The translations under genes and the position numbers were made by a program. From NCBI RefSeq assembly GCF_044324785.1, contig NZ_CP172127.1: 64,000 nucleotides of DNA; one strand, 5' to 3'. This stretch comes from Escherichia coli. GTDB taxonomy: Bacteria; Pseudomonadota; Gammaproteobacteria; Enterobacterales; Enterobacteriaceae. Numbering within the stretch: position 1 is the stretch's first letter; each line of letters opens with the position of its first letter. Of the stretch, positions 1 to 12,487 are shown in pieces. The notes under the pieces are model-generated. The model worked only from the letters and a program-made list of their open reading frames with translations, ran no database searches and was not told the DNA's origin.

Positions 1-788
1 TGGGTTTTCTTTCCGGTAAGCGCATTCTGGTAACCGGTGTTGCCAGCAAACTGTCCATCGCCTACGGTATCGCTCAGGCGATGCACCGCGAAGGAGCTGA
101 ACTGGCATTCACCTACCAGAACGACAAACTGAAAGGCCGCGTAGAAGAATTTGCCGCTCAATTGGGTTCTGACATCGTTCTGCAGTGCGATGTTGCAGAA
201 GATGCCAGCATCGACACCATGTTCGCTGAACTGGGGAAAGTTTGGCCGAAATTTGACGGTTTCGTACACTCTATTGGTTTTGCACCTGGCGATCAGCTGG
301 ATGGTGACTATGTTAACGCCGTTACCCGTGAAGGCTTCAAAATTGCCCACGACATCAGCTCCTACAGCTTCGTTGCAATGGCAAAAGCTTGCCGCTCCAT
401 GCTGAATCCGGGTTCTGCCCTGCTGACCCTTTCCTACCTTGGCGCTGAGCGCGCTATCCCGAACTACAACGTTATGGGTCTGGCAAAAGCGTCTCTGGAA
501 GCAAACGTGCGCTATATGGCGAACGCGATGGGTCCGGAAGGTGTGCGTGTTAACGCCATCTCTGCTGGTCCGATCCGTACTCTGGCGGCTTCCGGTATCA
601 AAGACTTCCGCAAAATGCTGGCTCATTGCGAAGCCGTTACCCCGATTCGCCGTACCGTTACCATTGAAGATGTGGGTAACTCTGCGGCATTCCTGTGCTC
701 CGATCTCTCTGCCGGTATCTCCGGTGAAGTGGTCCACGTTGACGGCGGTTTCAGCATCGCTGCAATGAACGAACTCGAACTGAAATAA
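1..788 (+). CDS. fabI: enoyl-ACP reductase FabI (5' partial: first base of the ATG lies outside the window)
   Basis: Window begins tgggttttctttccggtaag = (A)TG GGT TTT CTT TCC GGT AAG (MGFLSGK); ORF continues to stop at 788; translation ...MNELELK recognised as FabI. Confidence 0.93.
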
Positions 789-806
789 TCGTTCTGTTGG
801 TCAAGA

Positions 807-840
807 CGGGCGGCGTTCTGCCGCCCGTTATCTCTGTTAT
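807..840 (+). terminator. hairpin acgggcggc-gttct-gccgcccgt downstream of fabI; weak T-run
   Basis: Inverted repeat read directly in sequence just after the fabI stop. Confidence 0.45.
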
Positions 841-931
841 ACCTTTCTGATATTTGTTATCGCCGATCCGTCTTTCTCCCCTTCCCGCCTTGCGTCAGGA
901 TAACGATTTCCTTTACGACCAAGGAGCGCCC

Positions 932-2059
932 ATGGAACAACGCCACATCACCGGCAAAAGCCACTGGTATCATGAAACGCAATCCAGTACTGCGGAATAT
1001 GACGTTCTGCCTCTGGTCCCGGAAGCCGCAAAGGTTAGCGATCCCTTTCTGCTCGACGCGATCCTTGATGAAAAAACGCTGGCCCCCTTCCTTTCATGGC
1101 TGGTCCCGGCGCGCGTTCTTGCAGCGGAGTTATTCCCTGACCAGCTTACCGTGACCCGTTCACAGACCTTCAACGCTTATGAACGCTTGTCGACGGCCCT
1201 GACGGTTGCTCAGGTTTGCGGCGTCCAGCGGTTATGTAACTACTATTCGGCGCGACTTACGCCGCTCCCCGGGCCTGATTCCTCCAGGGAAAGTAATCAT
1301 CGGTTGGCACAAATCACGCAATATGCCCGCCAACTGGCCAGCTCGCCTTCTATTATCGACAACCGATCGCGCCAACATCTGAATGACGTCGGTCTTACTG
1401 CCTGGGACTGTGTAATCATTAACAAAATCATTGGTTTTATTGGCTTTCAGGCGCGGACAATTGCGACATTTCAGGCTTATCTCGGGCATCCGGTACGCTG
1501 GTTACCAGGTCTGGAGATACAAAACTACGCCGACGCGTCACTGTTTGCTGATGAATCATTACGCTGGCGAAGCAGCTATGAGGTGGAAAAACTACCTGAA
1601 GAGCACACAAAAAGTTCAACTGCAGAACTTTGCCAACTGGCCGAAATACTCTCTCTCCACCCTATTTCACTTTCCCTTCTCGAAAAGTTGTTAAACAGCA
1701 CACGGGTCAATACACAGCCGGATAATCAGCTTGCGGCGTTGTTATGCGCGCGTATAAATGGCAGTCCTGCTTGTTTTGCCACCTGTATGGATTCATCAAA
1801 TGAATATAAAAAAATCAGCACCCTTATGCGCAAGGGCGAAAATGAAATTAACCAATGGGCTGACCGTCATTCTGTTGAGCGCGCTACCGTTCAGGCGATA
1901 CAATGGCTGACCCGAGCACCCGATCGCTTTAGCGCCGCCCAGTTCAGCCCTTTACTCGAACACGAAAAATCATCAACGCAGATTATTAATCTGCTGGTAT
2001 GGAGCGGGCTGTGTGGCTGGATAAATCGCTTAAAAATCGCGTTGGGTGAGACATATTAA
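932..2059 (+). CDS. yciW: YciW, putative oxidoreductase/peroxidase-like protein
   Basis: ORF 854..2059 trimmed to internal start [13 protein letters not shown]...; synteny between fabI and rnb. Confidence 0.85.
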   Translation: MEQRHITGKSHWYHETQSSTAEYDVLPLVPEAAKVSDPFLLDAILDEKTLAPFLSWLVPARVLAAELFPDQLTVTRSQTFNAYERLSTALTVAQVCGVQRLCNYYSARLTPLPGPDSSRESNHRLAQITQYARQLASSPSIIDNRSRQHLNDVGLTAWDCVIINKIIGFIGFQARTIATFQAYLGHPVRWLPGLEIQNYADASLFADESLRWRSSYEVEKLPEEHTKSSTAELCQLAEILSLHPISLSLLEKLLNSTRVNTQPDNQLAALLCARINGSPACFATCMDSSNEYKKISTLMRKGENEINQWADRHSVERATVQAIQWLTRAPDRFSAAQFSPLLEHEKSSTQIINLLVWSGLCGWINRLKIALGETY

Positions 2060-2126
2060 CCTTGCCGCGTCAGACAGATTCGCGTAAAACTGTCAGCCGC
2101 TCTAATGGCCACCAAAATAGACAATT

Positions 2127-4061
2127 ATGTTTCAGGACAACCCGCTGCTAGCGCAGCTTAAACAGCAACTGCATTCCCAGACGCCACGCGCTGAAGGGGT
2201 GGTAAAAGCCACAGAAAAAGGCTTTGGCTTCCTGGAAGTCGACGCGCAAAAAAGTTATTTCATTCCGCCGCCGCAGATGAAAAAAGTCATGCATGGCGAC
2301 CGAATTATCGCGGTGATCCACAGTGAAAAAGAACGTGAATCCGCAGAGCCAGAAGAACTGGTTGAACCGTTCCTGACTCGTTTCGTGGGTAAAGTTCAGG
2401 GCAAAAATGACCGTCTGGCCATCGTTCCTGATCATCCACTCTTAAAAGACGCCATTCCTTGCCGCGCAGCCCGTGGCCTGAACCACGAGTTTAAAGAAGG
2501 CGACTGGGCGGTTGCCGAAATGCGCCGTCATCCGCTGAAAGGCGATCGTTCTTTCTATGCTGAACTGACACAATACATCACTTTTGGTGACGACCACTTT
2601 GTACCGTGGTGGGTTACCCTTGCGCGCCATAATCTGGAAAAAGAAGCACCAGACGGCGTCGCTACCGAAATGCTCGATGAAGGTCTGGTTCGTGAAGATC
2701 TGACCGCGCTGGATTTTGTCACCATCGACAGTGCCAGCACTGAAGATATGGATGACGCCCTTTTCGCTAAGGCGTTGCCTGATGACAAACTTCAGCTGAT
2801 TGTGGCGATTGCCGATCCAACCGCGTGGATTGCTGAAGGTAGCAAACTGGACAAAGCCGCGAAAATTCGCGCATTCACCAACTATCTGCCTGGCTTCAAC
2901 ATCCCTATGCTGCCTCGCGAGCTTTCTGACGATCTCTGCTCACTGCGCGCCAATGAAGTCCGCCCGGTACTGGCATGCCGCATGACGCTCTCCGCTGATG
3001 GCACCATTGAAGATAATATCGAATTCTTTGCCGCCACCATCGAATCCAAAGCGAAGCTGGTGTATGACCTGGTTTCTGACTGGCTGGAAAATACCGGTGA
3101 CTGGAAGCCTGAAAGTGAAGCAATTGCCGAACAAGTCCGTTTGTTAGCGCAAATTTGCCAACGCCGCGGCGAGTGGCGTCATAACCACGCACTGGTGTTT
3201 AAAGATCGCCCGGATTACCGCTTTATTCTCGGTGAAAAAGGTGAAGTGCTGGATATCGTCGCCGAGCCTCGTCGCATTGCCAACCGTATCGTCGAAGAAG
3301 CGATGATTGCCGCTAACATTTGTGCGGCCCGCGTACTGCGCGATAAGCTCGGTTTTGGCATCTATAACGTGCATATGGGCTTTGATCCGGCGAATGCCGA
3401 CGCGCTGGCAGCGTTGCTGAAAACCCACGGTCTGCATGTCGATGCCGAAGAAGTGCTCACGCTGGACGGTTTCTGCAAACTGCGTCGTGAACTGGATGCG
3501 CAACCAACTGGTTTCCTCGACAGCCGCATTCGTCGCTTCCAGTCATTTGCTGAAATTAGCACTGAACCCGGTCCTCACTTTGGCCTCGGTCTGGAAGCAT
3601 ACGCCACCTGGACTTCGCCGATCCGTAAATATGGCGACATGATCAACCACCGTCTGCTGAAAGCGGTTATCAAAGGCGAAACTGCGACGCGTCCACAGGA
3701 TGAAATCACTGTCCAAATGGCCGAGCGTCGCCGTCTCAACCGAATGGCAGAACGTGATGTTGGCGACTGGTTATACGCACGCTTCCTGAAAGACAAAGCC
3801 GGGACCGACACCCGTTTCGCGGCGGAAATTGTCGATATCAGCCGTGGCGGCATGCGTGTGCGTTTGGTTGATAACGGCGCTATTGCCTTTATTCCGGCAC
3901 CTTTCTTACACGCTGTGCGCGATGAACTGGTTTGCAGCCAGGAAAACGGCACTGTACAAATTAAAGGTGAAACGGCTTACAAAGTGACTGACGTTATTGA
4001 CGTCACCATTGCCGAAGTCCGCATGGAAACCCGCAGCATTATTGCGCGCCCGGTCGCGTAA
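2127..4061 (+). CDS. rnb: ribonuclease II (exoribonuclease)
   Basis: 644-aa [42 protein letters not shown]...; recognised RNase II, S1/cold-shock domain layout. Confidence 0.95.
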   Translation: MFQDNPLLAQLKQQLHSQTPRAEGVVKATEKGFGFLEVDAQKSYFIPPPQMKKVMHGDRIIAVIHSEKERESAEPEELVEPFLTRFVGKVQGKNDRLAIVPDHPLLKDAIPCRAARGLNHEFKEGDWAVAEMRRHPLKGDRSFYAELTQYITFGDDHFVPWWVTLARHNLEKEAPDGVATEMLDEGLVREDLTALDFVTIDSASTEDMDDALFAKALPDDKLQLIVAIADPTAWIAEGSKLDKAAKIRAFTNYLPGFNIPMLPRELSDDLCSLRANEVRPVLACRMTLSADGTIEDNIEFFAATIESKAKLVYDLVSDWLENTGDWKPESEAIAEQVRLLAQICQRRGEWRHNHALVFKDRPDYRFILGEKGEVLDIVAEPRRIANRIVEEAMIAANICAARVLRDKLGFGIYNVHMGFDPANADALAALLKTHGLHVDAEEVLTLDGFCKLRRELDAQPTGFLDSRIRRFQSFAEISTEPGPHFGLGLEAYATWTSPIRKYGDMINHRLLKAVIKGETATRPQDEITVQMAERRRLNRMAERDVGDWLYARFLKDKAGTDTRFAAEIVDISRGGMRVRLVDNGAIAFIPAPFLHAVRDELVCSQENGTVQIKGETAYKVTDVIDVTIAEVRMETRSIIARPVA

Positions 4062-4070
4062 TCTCCTTTC

Positions 4071-4104
4071 ACGGCCCATTCCTCATGAATGGGCCGTTTA
4101 TTTC
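4071..4104 (+). terminator. rho-independent terminator after rnb
   Basis: Stem acggcccattc / gaatgggccgt with loop ctcat, followed by ttatttcc. Confidence 0.7.
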
Positions 4105-4295
4105 CCCGCTCCACCTTCGTCATATCCCGGCAGATTTTTAACTGACTTTCGTTTGAAAACTGGCGTTTTTCCAAAACTGGATTACAAATAAATATATAAA
4201 AAAAACAATGCGTTTAGCCGCCGTTAATTTCATGTAAGTCATGTTGTTCCTTTTATTTAACCGCGGACTCCGCTGTTAACCGGAGGATATGCATC

Positions 4296-6281
4296 ATGAA
4301 AACCGTTAGGGAGTCCACAACGTTGTACAACTTTCTCGGATCGCACAATCCATACTGGCGGTTAACGGAAAGCAGCGATGTTTTGCGCTTTTCTACCACC
4401 GAAACCACAGAACCTGAACGTACGTTGCAGTTATCTGCCGAACAGGCTGCTCGCATCAGGGAAATGACGGTCATCACCTCCAGCCTGATGATGAGTCTGA
4501 CCGTCGATGAGAGCGATCTTTCTGTGCATCTGGTAGGACGAAAAATCAATAAACGGGAATGGGCTGGCAACGCGTCGGCATGGCATGACACACCGGCGGT
4601 TGCTCGTGATTTATCACACGGGCTTTCCTTTGCTGAGCAGGTAGTTTCTGAAGCACATTCCGCAATAGTGATTCTCGACAGTCGGGGGAATATCCAGCGC
4701 TTCAATCGGTTATGTGAAGATTACACAGGGTTGAAAGAACACGACGTCATTGGGCAAAGCGTGTTTAAACTGTTTATGAGCCGTCGTGAAGCTGCGGCAT
4801 CCAGGCGCAATAACCGTGTATTTTTTCGAAGCGGCAATGCATATGAAGTCGAACTGTGGATACCAACACGTAAAGGCCAGCGGCTGTTTCTGTTTCGCAA
4901 TAAATTTGTCCACAGCGGCAGTGGCAAAAACGAGATTTTTTTAATCTGTTCCGGCACCGACATTACCGAAGAGCGCCGCGCTCAGGAGCGACTGCGCATT
5001 CTGGCAAATACCGACAGTATCACCGGACTGCCGAATCGTAACGCAATGCAGGAGTTAATCGATCACGCTATTAATCAGGCAGATAACAATAAAGTTGGGG
5101 TTGTGTATCTTGATTTGGATAATTTTAAAAAGGTCAACGACGCCTATGGGCATTTGTTTGGTGACCAGCTATTACGCGACGTGTCATTGGCCATTTTAAG
5201 CTGTCTGGAGCATGACCAGGTTTTGGCGCGTCCAGGTGGCGATGAGTTTCTGGTACTGGCATCCAATACCTCACAAAGCGCGCTGGAAGCAATGGCATCA
5301 CGTATTTTGACCCGCTTACGGCTCCCCTTCCGCATTGGTTTAATTGAAGTTTATACCAGCTGTTCAGTGGGTATTTCACTCTCTCCCGAACATGGTTCGG
5401 ACAGCGCGGCTATTATTCGTCACGCCGACACAGCAATGTACACAGCGAAGGAAGGCGGACGAGGACAATTTTGCGTTTTTACTCCAGAAATGAATCAGCG
5501 GGTATTTGAATATCTCTGGCTGGATACCAACTTGCGTAAAGCACTGGAAAACGATCAGTTGGTTATTCACTATCAACCGAAAATCACCTGGCGTGGCGAG
5601 GTGCGCAGTCTGGAAGCACTAGTACGTTGGCAGTCACCTGAACGTGGGTTGATTCCACCGTTGGACTTCATTTCCTACGCCGAAGAGTCAGGGCTAATTG
5701 TGCCTTTAGGCCGTTGGGTGATTCTCGATGTCGTACGCCAGGTGGCAAAGTGGCGGGATAAAGGTATTAACCTGCGAGTGGCGGTAAACATTTCTGCACG
5801 TCAGCTCGCCGATCAAACCATTTTCACCGCCCTGAAACAGGTTCTCCAGGAACTCAATTTTGAATACTGCCCTATTGATGTTGAACTGACGGAGAGCTGC
5901 CTGATTGAGAATGATGAACTGGCACTTTCTGTTATTCAACAATTTAGCCAACTAGGTGCGCAAGTGCATCTGGACGATTTTGGTACCGGCTACTCTTCAC
6001 TTTCGCAACTGGCGCGCTTTCCGATCGATGCCATCAAACTTGACCAGGTTTTTGTTCGAGATATTCACAAACAACCTGTCTCGCAGTCACTGGTCCGGGC
6101 GATCGTCGCTGTGGCCCAGGCATTGAATCTTCAGGTGATCGCCGAAGGTGTAGAGAGTGCAAAGGAAGATGCTTTTTTAACCAAGAACGGGATCAATGAG
6201 CGGCAAGGATTTTTGTTTGCCAAACCGATGCCCGCCGTCGCCTTCGAACGCTGGTATAAACGCTATCTGAAGCGCGCATAA
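4296..6281 (+). CDS. pdeR: cyclic-di-GMP phosphodiesterase PdeR (GGDEF-EAL protein)
   Basis: 661-aa ORF; PAS-like N-terminus, GGDEF-type region (RPGGDEF) and EAL region (EVRSLEALVRW...) visible in the translation. Confidence 0.93.
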   Translation: MKTVRESTTLYNFLGSHNPYWRLTESSDVLRFSTTETTEPERTLQLSAEQAARIREMTVITSSLMMSLTVDESDLSVHLVGRKINKREWAGNASAWHDTPAVARDLSHGLSFAEQVVSEAHSAIVILDSRGNIQRFNRLCEDYTGLKEHDVIGQSVFKLFMSRREAAASRRNNRVFFRSGNAYEVELWIPTRKGQRLFLFRNKFVHSGSGKNEIFLICSGTDITEERRAQERLRILANTDSITGLPNRNAMQELIDHAINQADNNKVGVVYLDLDNFKKVNDAYGHLFGDQLLRDVSLAILSCLEHDQVLARPGGDEFLVLASNTSQSALEAMASRILTRLRLPFRIGLIEVYTSCSVGISLSPEHGSDSAAIIRHADTAMYTAKEGGRGQFCVFTPEMNQRVFEYLWLDTNLRKALENDQLVIHYQPKITWRGEVRSLEALVRWQSPERGLIPPLDFISYAEESGLIVPLGRWVILDVVRQVAKWRDKGINLRVAVNISARQLADQTIFTALKQVLQELNFEYCPIDVELTESCLIENDELALSVIQQFSQLGAQVHLDDFGTGYSSLSQLARFPIDAIKLDQVFVRDIHKQPVSQSLVRAIVAVAQALNLQVIAEGVESAKEDAFLTKNGINERQGFLFAKPMPAVAFERWYKRYLKRA

Positions 6282-6428
6282 GTAGATGAATATATATACT
6301 TAGCGATATATTCCGTCATTATATATCGTATTACTGGATGATAATTAGCCGTTGCTGTTAAACACTTCTCTTTTAGCGGCAATTTTTGCATTATTCATTT
6401 TCCCACTTTTGCTATAAGGATGTCCTTG

Positions 6429-6602
6429 ATGTCTGAATTTGATGCCCAGCGCGTTGCCGAACGTATTGATATTGTGTTAGATATCCTTGTGGCAGGCGAT
6501 TACCACTCTGCGATCCATAATCTCGAGATACTTAAAGCAGAACTCTTGCGCCAGGTTGCTGAATCTACGCCAGACATCCCGAAGGCACCGTGGGAGATTT
6601 AA
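6429..6602 (+). CDS. yciZ: small protein YciZ (UPF0509)
   Basis: ORF 6420..6602 trimmed to [42 protein letters not shown]...; position between pdeR and yciT. Confidence 0.75.
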
Positions 6603-6691
6603 CAATCGTGCCTTCAGGTTTTCCTATTTGAGGATGCCCGGCGCGTCAGTATTTTTTTATTTAGTATTATAACGTTATAAGAATTACAGCG

Positions 6692-7441
6692 ATGAATTCC
6701 CGACAACAAACTATTCTACAGATGGTCATTGACCAGGGTCAGGTTAGCGTAACCGATCTGGCAAAAGCCACTGGAGTTTCTGAAGTTACCATTCGCCAGG
6801 ATCTCAACACCCTCGAAAAACTGAGTTACCTCCGCCGTGCACATGGTTTTGCAGTTTCGCTTGATAGTGATGACGTCGAAACCCGTATGATGAACAACTA
6901 TACGCTGAAGCGTGAACTCGCCGAGTTTGCCGCGTCACTGGTTCAACCGGGCGAAACCATCTTTATCGAAAATGGCAGCAGCAATGCCCTGCTCGCCCGG
7001 ACTCTGGGCGAGCAGAAGAAAAATGTCACGATCATCACGGTCAGCAGCTACATCGCGCATTTGCTGAAAGACGCGCCTTGTGAAGTCATTTTGCTCGGTG
7101 GCGTGTACCAGAAAAAAAGCGAAAGTATGGTTGGTCCTTTGACACGCCAGTGCATCCAACAGGTGCATTTCAGCAAAGCATTTATTGGTATTGATGGCTG
7201 GCAACCTGAAACTGGGTTTACCGGTCGCGATATGATGCGTACCGATGTGGTCAATGCCGTGCTGGAAAAAGAGTGCGAAGCGATAGTCCTGACTGACAGC
7301 TCGAAATTTGGTGCTGTACATTCATACTCCATCGGCCCCGTTGAGCGATTCAATCGCGTGATTACCGATTCGAAAATACGCGCCAGCGATCTGATGCATC
7401 TTGAGCACAGTAAACTCACCGTTCACGTCGTTGACATTTAA
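6692..7441 (+). CDS. yciT: DeoR-family transcriptional regulator YciT
   Basis: 249-aa ORF with N-terminal HTH ([22 protein letters not shown]) and sugar-binding-like C-terminus. Confidence 0.88.
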   Translation: MNSRQQTILQMVIDQGQVSVTDLAKATGVSEVTIRQDLNTLEKLSYLRRAHGFAVSLDSDDVETRMMNNYTLKRELAEFAASLVQPGETIFIENGSSNALLARTLGEQKKNVTIITVSSYIAHLLKDAPCEVILLGGVYQKKSESMVGPLTRQCIQQVHFSKAFIGIDGWQPETGFTGRDMMRTDVVNAVLEKECEAIVLTDSSKFGAVHSYSIGPVERFNRVITDSKIRASDLMHLEHSKLTVHVVDI

Positions 7442-7709
7442 CCATTTCCCTTCTCTACGGATGATTTGCTGTTTTGCAAATCATCCGCTCTAAGATGATT
7501 CCTGGTTGATAATTAAGACTATTTACCTGTTATTAACACTCTCAAGATATAAAATTATTATCAGCGATATAACAGGAAGTCATTATCACCTGCGTGATAT
7601 AACCCTGCGCGCGAGCGGATTTCACGGAATAATTTCACCAGGCTTATTCTTAGCTATTATAGTTATAGAGAGCTTACTTCCGTGAATCATAAATTCAGGA
7701 GAGAGTATT

Positions 7710-7928
7710 ATGTTTGTAACGAGCAAAAAAATGACCGCGGCTGTTCTGGCAATTACCCTGGCAATGTCTCTGAGTGCCTGTTCTAACTGGTCTAAACGAG
7801 ACCGTAACACCGCAATTGGCGCGGGTGCAGGGGCATTAGGCGGTGCAGTACTGACCGATGGCAGTACGCTGGGTACATTAGGTGGTGCAGCCGTCGGTGG
7901 TGTTATTGGTCACCAGGTCGGTAAATAA
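7710..7928 (+). CDS. osmB: osmotically inducible lipoprotein OsmB
   Basis: 72-aa ORF MFVTSKKMTAAVLAITLAMSLSACSNWSK... with lipobox LSAC and Gly-rich body. Confidence 0.9.
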   Translation: MFVTSKKMTAAVLAITLAMSLSACSNWSKRDRNTAIGAGAGALGGAVLTDGSTLGTLGGAAVGGVIGHQVGK

Positions 7929-8022
7929 TCGTAAATAAATGTCGATTATCGACTCGCAATTATAATACGCTTGATTCTGTTCAGTACGAAATAACTGAAT
8001 AATACACACAGTAAAATATTCG

Positions 8023-8051
8023 AAAGCCACGGATATATCCGTGGCTTTTTA
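8023..8051. terminator. hairpin terminator between convergent osmB and yciH
   Basis: aaagccacgga-tata-tccgtggcttt followed by ttttt. Confidence 0.7.
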
Positions 8052-8053
8052 TG

Positions 8054-8383
8054 TTAACCGCCTGCGAGTTTTACCTTCATCCCTTTCGCTTCAAGTAGTG
8101 ATTTTAATAAATCACGCTTATCGCCTTGGATTTCAATAACTCCATCTTTAACTGCTCCGCCGCAGCCGCATTTTTTCTTCAGTTCCGCTGCCAGTTTTGT
8201 CAGTTCGGCATCATCGAGATCGATACCGGTAATCAGGCAAACGCCCTTACCTTTACGTCCACTGGTCTGACGCTGAATACGCACCACACCGTCGCCTTTA
8301 GGGCGTACAGGGGCCGCTTTTGGCTCATCAATACGTCCGGTTTCCGTTGAGTAGACCAGACGGCTGTTGGAATCACTCATCAT
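8054..8383 (-). CDS. yciH: SUI1/eIF1-like translation initiation factor homologue YciH
   Basis: 109-aa ORF; start overlaps pyrF stop by 4 nt (translational coupling). Confidence 0.85.
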   Translation of the reverse strand: MMSDSNSRLVYSTETGRIDEPKAAPVRPKGDGVVRIQRQTSGRKGKGVCLITGIDLDDAELTKLAAELKKKCGCGGAVKDGVIEIQGDKRDLLKSLLEAKGMKVKLAGG

Positions 8384-9117
8384 ACACTCCGCTGTAAAGA
8401 GGCGTTGATCGCTTTCAGCGTCTGCGCTGGATCTACCGATTGCGTTACCGGGCGACCAATCACCATATAATCAACACCAGCCGCCAACGCCTGTTCTGGC
8501 GTCATAATGCGGCGCTGGTCACCTGCTTCACTCCCCTGCGGACGAATGCCCGGTGTAACCAGTTTGAACTCCTGACCGAATACCTGTTTAAAGCGCACAG
8601 CTTCCTGAGCAGAACACACCACACCATCAAGGCCACATTTTTGCGTCAGTGCCGCCAGACGTTCTGCATAATCTGCAGGTGACAGTGTCACGCCAAGATC
8701 GGCCAGGTCGCTGGCTTCCATGCTGGTCAATACTGTCACAGCAATCAAAAGCGGTGCATCTTTGCCAAACGGAACCAGTGCCTCACGCGCTGCGGTCATC
8801 ATACGCGCCCCACCGGAGGCGTGAACATTCACCATCCACACGCCTAAGTCAGCTGCAGCAGCGACAGCGTGCGCTGCAGTGTTGGGAATATCGTGAAATT
8901 TCAGGTCGAGGAAGATATCAAAACCACGCTGTTGAAGTTCGCGTACAAATTGAGGTCCAAACAGCGTAAACATCTCTTTGCCGACTTTCAGACGACAATC
9001 GCGTGGGTCGATCTTGTCGACAAAGGCCAGCGCGGCATCACGATTATGATAATCAAGGGCAACAACCACAGGAGAATTCGTAACAGCGCGGGAAGAAGAT
9101 GAAGCAGTTAACGTCAT
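8380..9117 (-). CDS. pyrF: orotidine-5'-phosphate decarboxylase
   Basis: ORF 8380..9177 trimmed to [24 protein letters not shown]...; recognised PyrF. Confidence 0.93.
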   Translation of the reverse strand: MTLTASSSSRAVTNSPVVVALDYHNRDAALAFVDKIDPRDCRLKVGKEMFTLFGPQFVRELQQRGFDIFLDLKFHDIPNTAAHAVAAAADLGVWMVNVHASGGARMMTAAREALVPFGKDAPLLIAVTVLTSMEASDLADLGVTLSPADYAERLAALTQKCGLDGVVCSAQEAVRFKQVFGQEFKLVTPGIRPQGSEAGDQRRIMTPEQALAAGVDYMVIGRPVTQSVDPAQTLKAINASLQRSV

Positions 9118-9308
9118 GACCAGACCTTCTTGATGATGGGCACCGGAAGTGGCGCGAAACAGGTAAACGGCGAGCATTCTACCCGTGGAAATAAAAAATT
9201 AACAGTTGCGATTTCTCCCCTGGCAGGCTTTTCTGCGTCGTCGTTGCCGGAGCACAATGGGACATCAATAACTAGTATGTTGTAACTAAAGTCGGATTTT
9301 TTTAAAAA

Positions 9309-10478
9309 TTACAGGCCATCAAGACCGCGAATCGGTTTAATAGTTGACCAGGCACGACAAGACGGACAATGCCAGTAGAGGGTGTATGCGGTAAAACCAC
9401 ATTTCTGGCAGCGATAACGAGGCTTACTACGTACCTTTTCGCCAACCATGTCACGCAGCACCATCAGGCTCTCTTTGGCACGCCCTTCTTCCGCTTCATT
9501 TAAGTGGTAATCCATTAGCTTATGGAACACACGCATGGTCGGATGACGCTGAAGCTGACGCGTAATATAGACCTGTGCGGCCTCACTACCGTCGCGCGCT
9601 TCGATAATATCCGCAAGCATCAGTTCAGCATCGGCACCGGTGTTCTCTTCCACCGCGCGCTGCAGGAACTCTGCCCATTCGGCAGTTTTACCCAACTGCT
9701 GATAGCAGGTTTGCAACATTTCCAGCGTTTCGCTGACCAGTTCTCTGTCCTGGGATATCACGCGTTGCAGACTTTCGACGGCTTTGGCGTATTCTCCTTT
9801 CGCCATAAACACGCGTCCCATCATGATGGATACGCGGGCGCTGTTTTTATCTGCCGCCGCACCTTTTTTTAACAAGGCCATGGCACGATCGAGATCGTCG
9901 CTGGCCATATGCTGTAGGGCTAACTCGCAGTAGAAATGAGCAATTTCGACGCGCTGCTTATCTTTACCCAGCTTCACCAGGCGTTCGGCAACATCAATTG
10001 CTTTCTGCCACTCGCTGGTAGCCTGGTAGATTTGTAGCAACTGTTGCAGCGCGCCAATGCGGAAGTCAGTTTCATCGGTCAGTTGATTGAACATGTCTTC
10101 CGCGCGGTCGTATAACCCGGCGGCCATGTAATCACGCCCCAGTTGTTGAATCGCCAACAGACGCTGTTCATAGGTCAGCGAGGCGCTTTCCATTAGGGTC
10201 TGATGGATGCGAATAGCGCGATCAACTTCGCCACGCGAACGGAACAGGTTTCCGAGCGTAAGGTGGGCTTCAACGGTACCCGTATCCTCTTTAAGCATAT
10301 CGAGAAACAGGTCTACCGCTTTATCCTGTTGATTACTAAGCAGAAAGTTAACCCCCGCTACGTAATCACGCGACAGGCGGTTGGCTTCATCTTGCTTGTT
10401 TTGTTGCGCACTTCTGCGGCCCATATACCAGCCATAGGCAGCGGCTACAGGCAAAAGCAGAAACAACAACTCCAGCAT
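9309..10478 (-). CDS. lapB: LPS assembly protein LapB (YciM), TPR repeats plus C-terminal rubredoxin-like Cys cluster
   Basis: 389-aa ORF; N-terminal TM segment, TPR-like body, C-terminal CQKCGF...CPSC. Confidence 0.93.
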   Translation of the reverse strand: MLELLFLLLPVAAAYGWYMGRRSAQQNKQDEANRLSRDYVAGVNFLLSNQQDKAVDLFLDMLKEDTGTVEAHLTLGNLFRSRGEVDRAIRIHQTLMESASLTYEQRLLAIQQLGRDYMAAGLYDRAEDMFNQLTDETDFRIGALQQLLQIYQATSEWQKAIDVAERLVKLGKDKQRVEIAHFYCELALQHMASDDLDRAMALLKKGAAADKNSARVSIMMGRVFMAKGEYAKAVESLQRVISQDRELVSETLEMLQTCYQQLGKTAEWAEFLQRAVEENTGADAELMLADIIEARDGSEAAQVYITRQLQRHPTMRVFHKLMDYHLNEAEEGRAKESLMVLRDMVGEKVRSKPRYRCQKCGFTAYTLYWHCPSCRAWSTIKPIRGLDGL

Positions 10479-10484
10479 AGAAAG

Positions 10485-10793
10485 TTATTCCTTCGCCGCT
10501 GACGAATGCGGCGCTACAGCCACGTCAGTCGCGGGTGAAAGCTGGTTTTCCAGTCGCTTTATTTTACGTTCAGCGCGCGCCAGGGAAACACGAACTCGCA
10601 GCCAGAACAGGCCGCAAATCAGCCAACCGATAGCAAATCCCGCAGCAAACAATACCGCCAGCAATGTGGAAATACGGTACTCCCCTTGCGCTAACAGATA
10701 ATTAAACGTCACCTGTTGATCGTTCTGCGCACCTAACGTGACCGAAATCACGAAGATCGCTAACACCAGTAAGAAAATGAGTAAATATTTCAC
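10485..10793 (-). CDS. lapA: LPS assembly protein LapA (YciS)
   Basis: 102-aa membrane protein immediately upstream of lapB on the same strand. Confidence 0.88.
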   Translation of the reverse strand: MKYLLIFLLVLAIFVISVTLGAQNDQQVTFNYLLAQGEYRISTLLAVLFAAGFAIGWLICGLFWLRVRVSLARAERKIKRLENQLSPATDVAVAPHSSAAKE

Positions 10794-10941
10794 ATTACTT
10801 CCCGTTATGTGGTTAGAGCGAATAAATTATGGTCAACTTACCGCAATAGCCCTTTAAAGTACCATTTTCGCGCCGTCTGCGAAATGGCATCCACGCGCAT
10901 TGTTGATGATTTAAGGGCTAAATTCGGAAAATCAACCAGCG

Positions 10942-11706
10942 TTAACTTTCTTGTTCTCGTTGTGCAATTTCGCGATTTTCTTCCGCAGGTGGTGTTAATG
11001 GCCCACAAATTCGTTGCGCAAGCCACGTTGCCACCGCCACCAGCGCCCACGAAATCAACGTAGCTACCACCAGATCGCGTGGCCAATGCATCCCGAGCAG
11101 CAGTCGGCTTCCCATGACTCCCGTTGCCCAGACCAACAAGATAGCAATGGTTAACGTTCGCCGACGCGGCCACAGCAAACCAACGGCCAGCAGCGCCCAA
11201 CTGGCAGCAAACATCGTGTGACCGGAAGGAAAGGCAAACCCCGTCTCTTTCTGCCAGTGTGAACGCAAATATTGTGGGATATTTTTCTCTTCAGCCAACT
11301 GTTCTTTCACTAGATTTCCGCGTTCTGCTCGCTTTAAAGTGTAGAACTCATCAACCGGAATATGATGTGTTTTTTCCAGCCAGATAACAAAAGGTCGTGG
11401 TTCCTGGACTTTGTCTTTGATCCAGGATTTAACGCCTTGTCCCACAAGAATTGCCGCCGCCAGAATGGCAAATAACATAATGGCAGCCTTAATGCGAAAA
11501 CGCAGACACCAGAGAAACCAACCGAATAAAATCAAATGTGTAATAACGCCCCAGGGCTGGGTGACAGTTTCAGTAACCCAAAAAGCCGCTTTTAGTAGCC
11601 AACTTTGTTCTCCAGGTTGCCAACGCCAGCCAGAAATCCATACGGCTACTGGCATAACAAGCAATAGTGCAGCTCCCACTGCGGTACGTCTGGCAATCGA
11701 ACGCAT
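10942..11706 (-). CDS. pgpB: phosphatidylglycerophosphatase B (PAP2 family)
   Basis: 254-aa polytopic membrane ORF; PAP2-type motifs (PSGH, HWPRD). Confidence 0.9.
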   Translation of the reverse strand: MRSIARRTAVGAALLLVMPVAVWISGWRWQPGEQSWLLKAAFWVTETVTQPWGVITHLILFGWFLWCLRFRIKAAIMLFAILAAAILVGQGVKSWIKDKVQEPRPFVIWLEKTHHIPVDEFYTLKRAERGNLVKEQLAEEKNIPQYLRSHWQKETGFAFPSGHTMFAASWALLAVGLLWPRRRTLTIAILLVWATGVMGSRLLLGMHWPRDLVVATLISWALVAVATWLAQRICGPLTPPAEENREIAQREQES

Positions 11707-11875
11707 GGCCTCTCCTTTTTGATAAGTCCCACAATCATAACTGAAAATGCCAGTTCCAGGAAAAATTGACAGATTTGTGCCATTCCGTGAACGATCGACG
11801 CGTCGTGATTAGGTGAACCCCTTCTCGTTATGGCAAAATAAGCCAATACAGAACCAGCATTATCTGGAGAATTTC

Positions 11876-12466
11876 ATGCAGCTTAAACGTGTGGCAGAAG
11901 CCAAACTGCCAACCCCATGGGGCGATTTCCTGATGGTGGGATTTGAAGAACTGGCAACCGGACACGATCATGTCGCGCTAGTCTATGGCGATATTTCCGG
12001 GCATACCCCGGTACTTGCGCGCGTCCATTCCGAATGTCTGACCGGTGACGCCCTGTTCAGCTTGCGCTGCGATTGTGGCTTCCAGCTCGAAGCGGCATTG
12101 ACGCAAATTGCCGAGGAAGGCCGTGGTATTTTGCTGTATCACCGTCAGGAAGGTCGTAACATTGGTCTGCTGAATAAAATCCGCGCTTACGCACTGCAGG
12201 ATCAAGGTTACGATACTGTAGAGGCTAACCACCAGTTAGGCTTCGCCGCTGATGAGCGCGACTTCACTCTTTGCGCTGATATGTTCAAACTACTTGGCGT
12301 CAATGAAGTCCGCTTGTTAACCAACAACCCGAAAAAAGTCGAAATTCTGACCGAAGCAGGGATTAATATTGTTGAACGCGTACCGTTGATTGTAGGTCGT
12401 AACCCCAATAACGAACATTATCTCGATACCAAAGCCGAGAAAATGGGTCATTTGCTGAACAAATAA
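11876..12466 (+). CDS. ribA: GTP cyclohydrolase II
   Basis: ORF 11813..12466 trimmed to [26 protein letters not shown]...; Cys cluster [15 protein letters not shown]. Confidence 0.9.
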
Positions 12467-12487
12467 CCCTCTTGCATTGTGTAATTC

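Noticed and set aside
6935-7419. Two antisense ORFs (128 aa and 123 aa) inside yciT
   Set aside because: Both are within and opposite to the intact yciT reading frame; no independent support.
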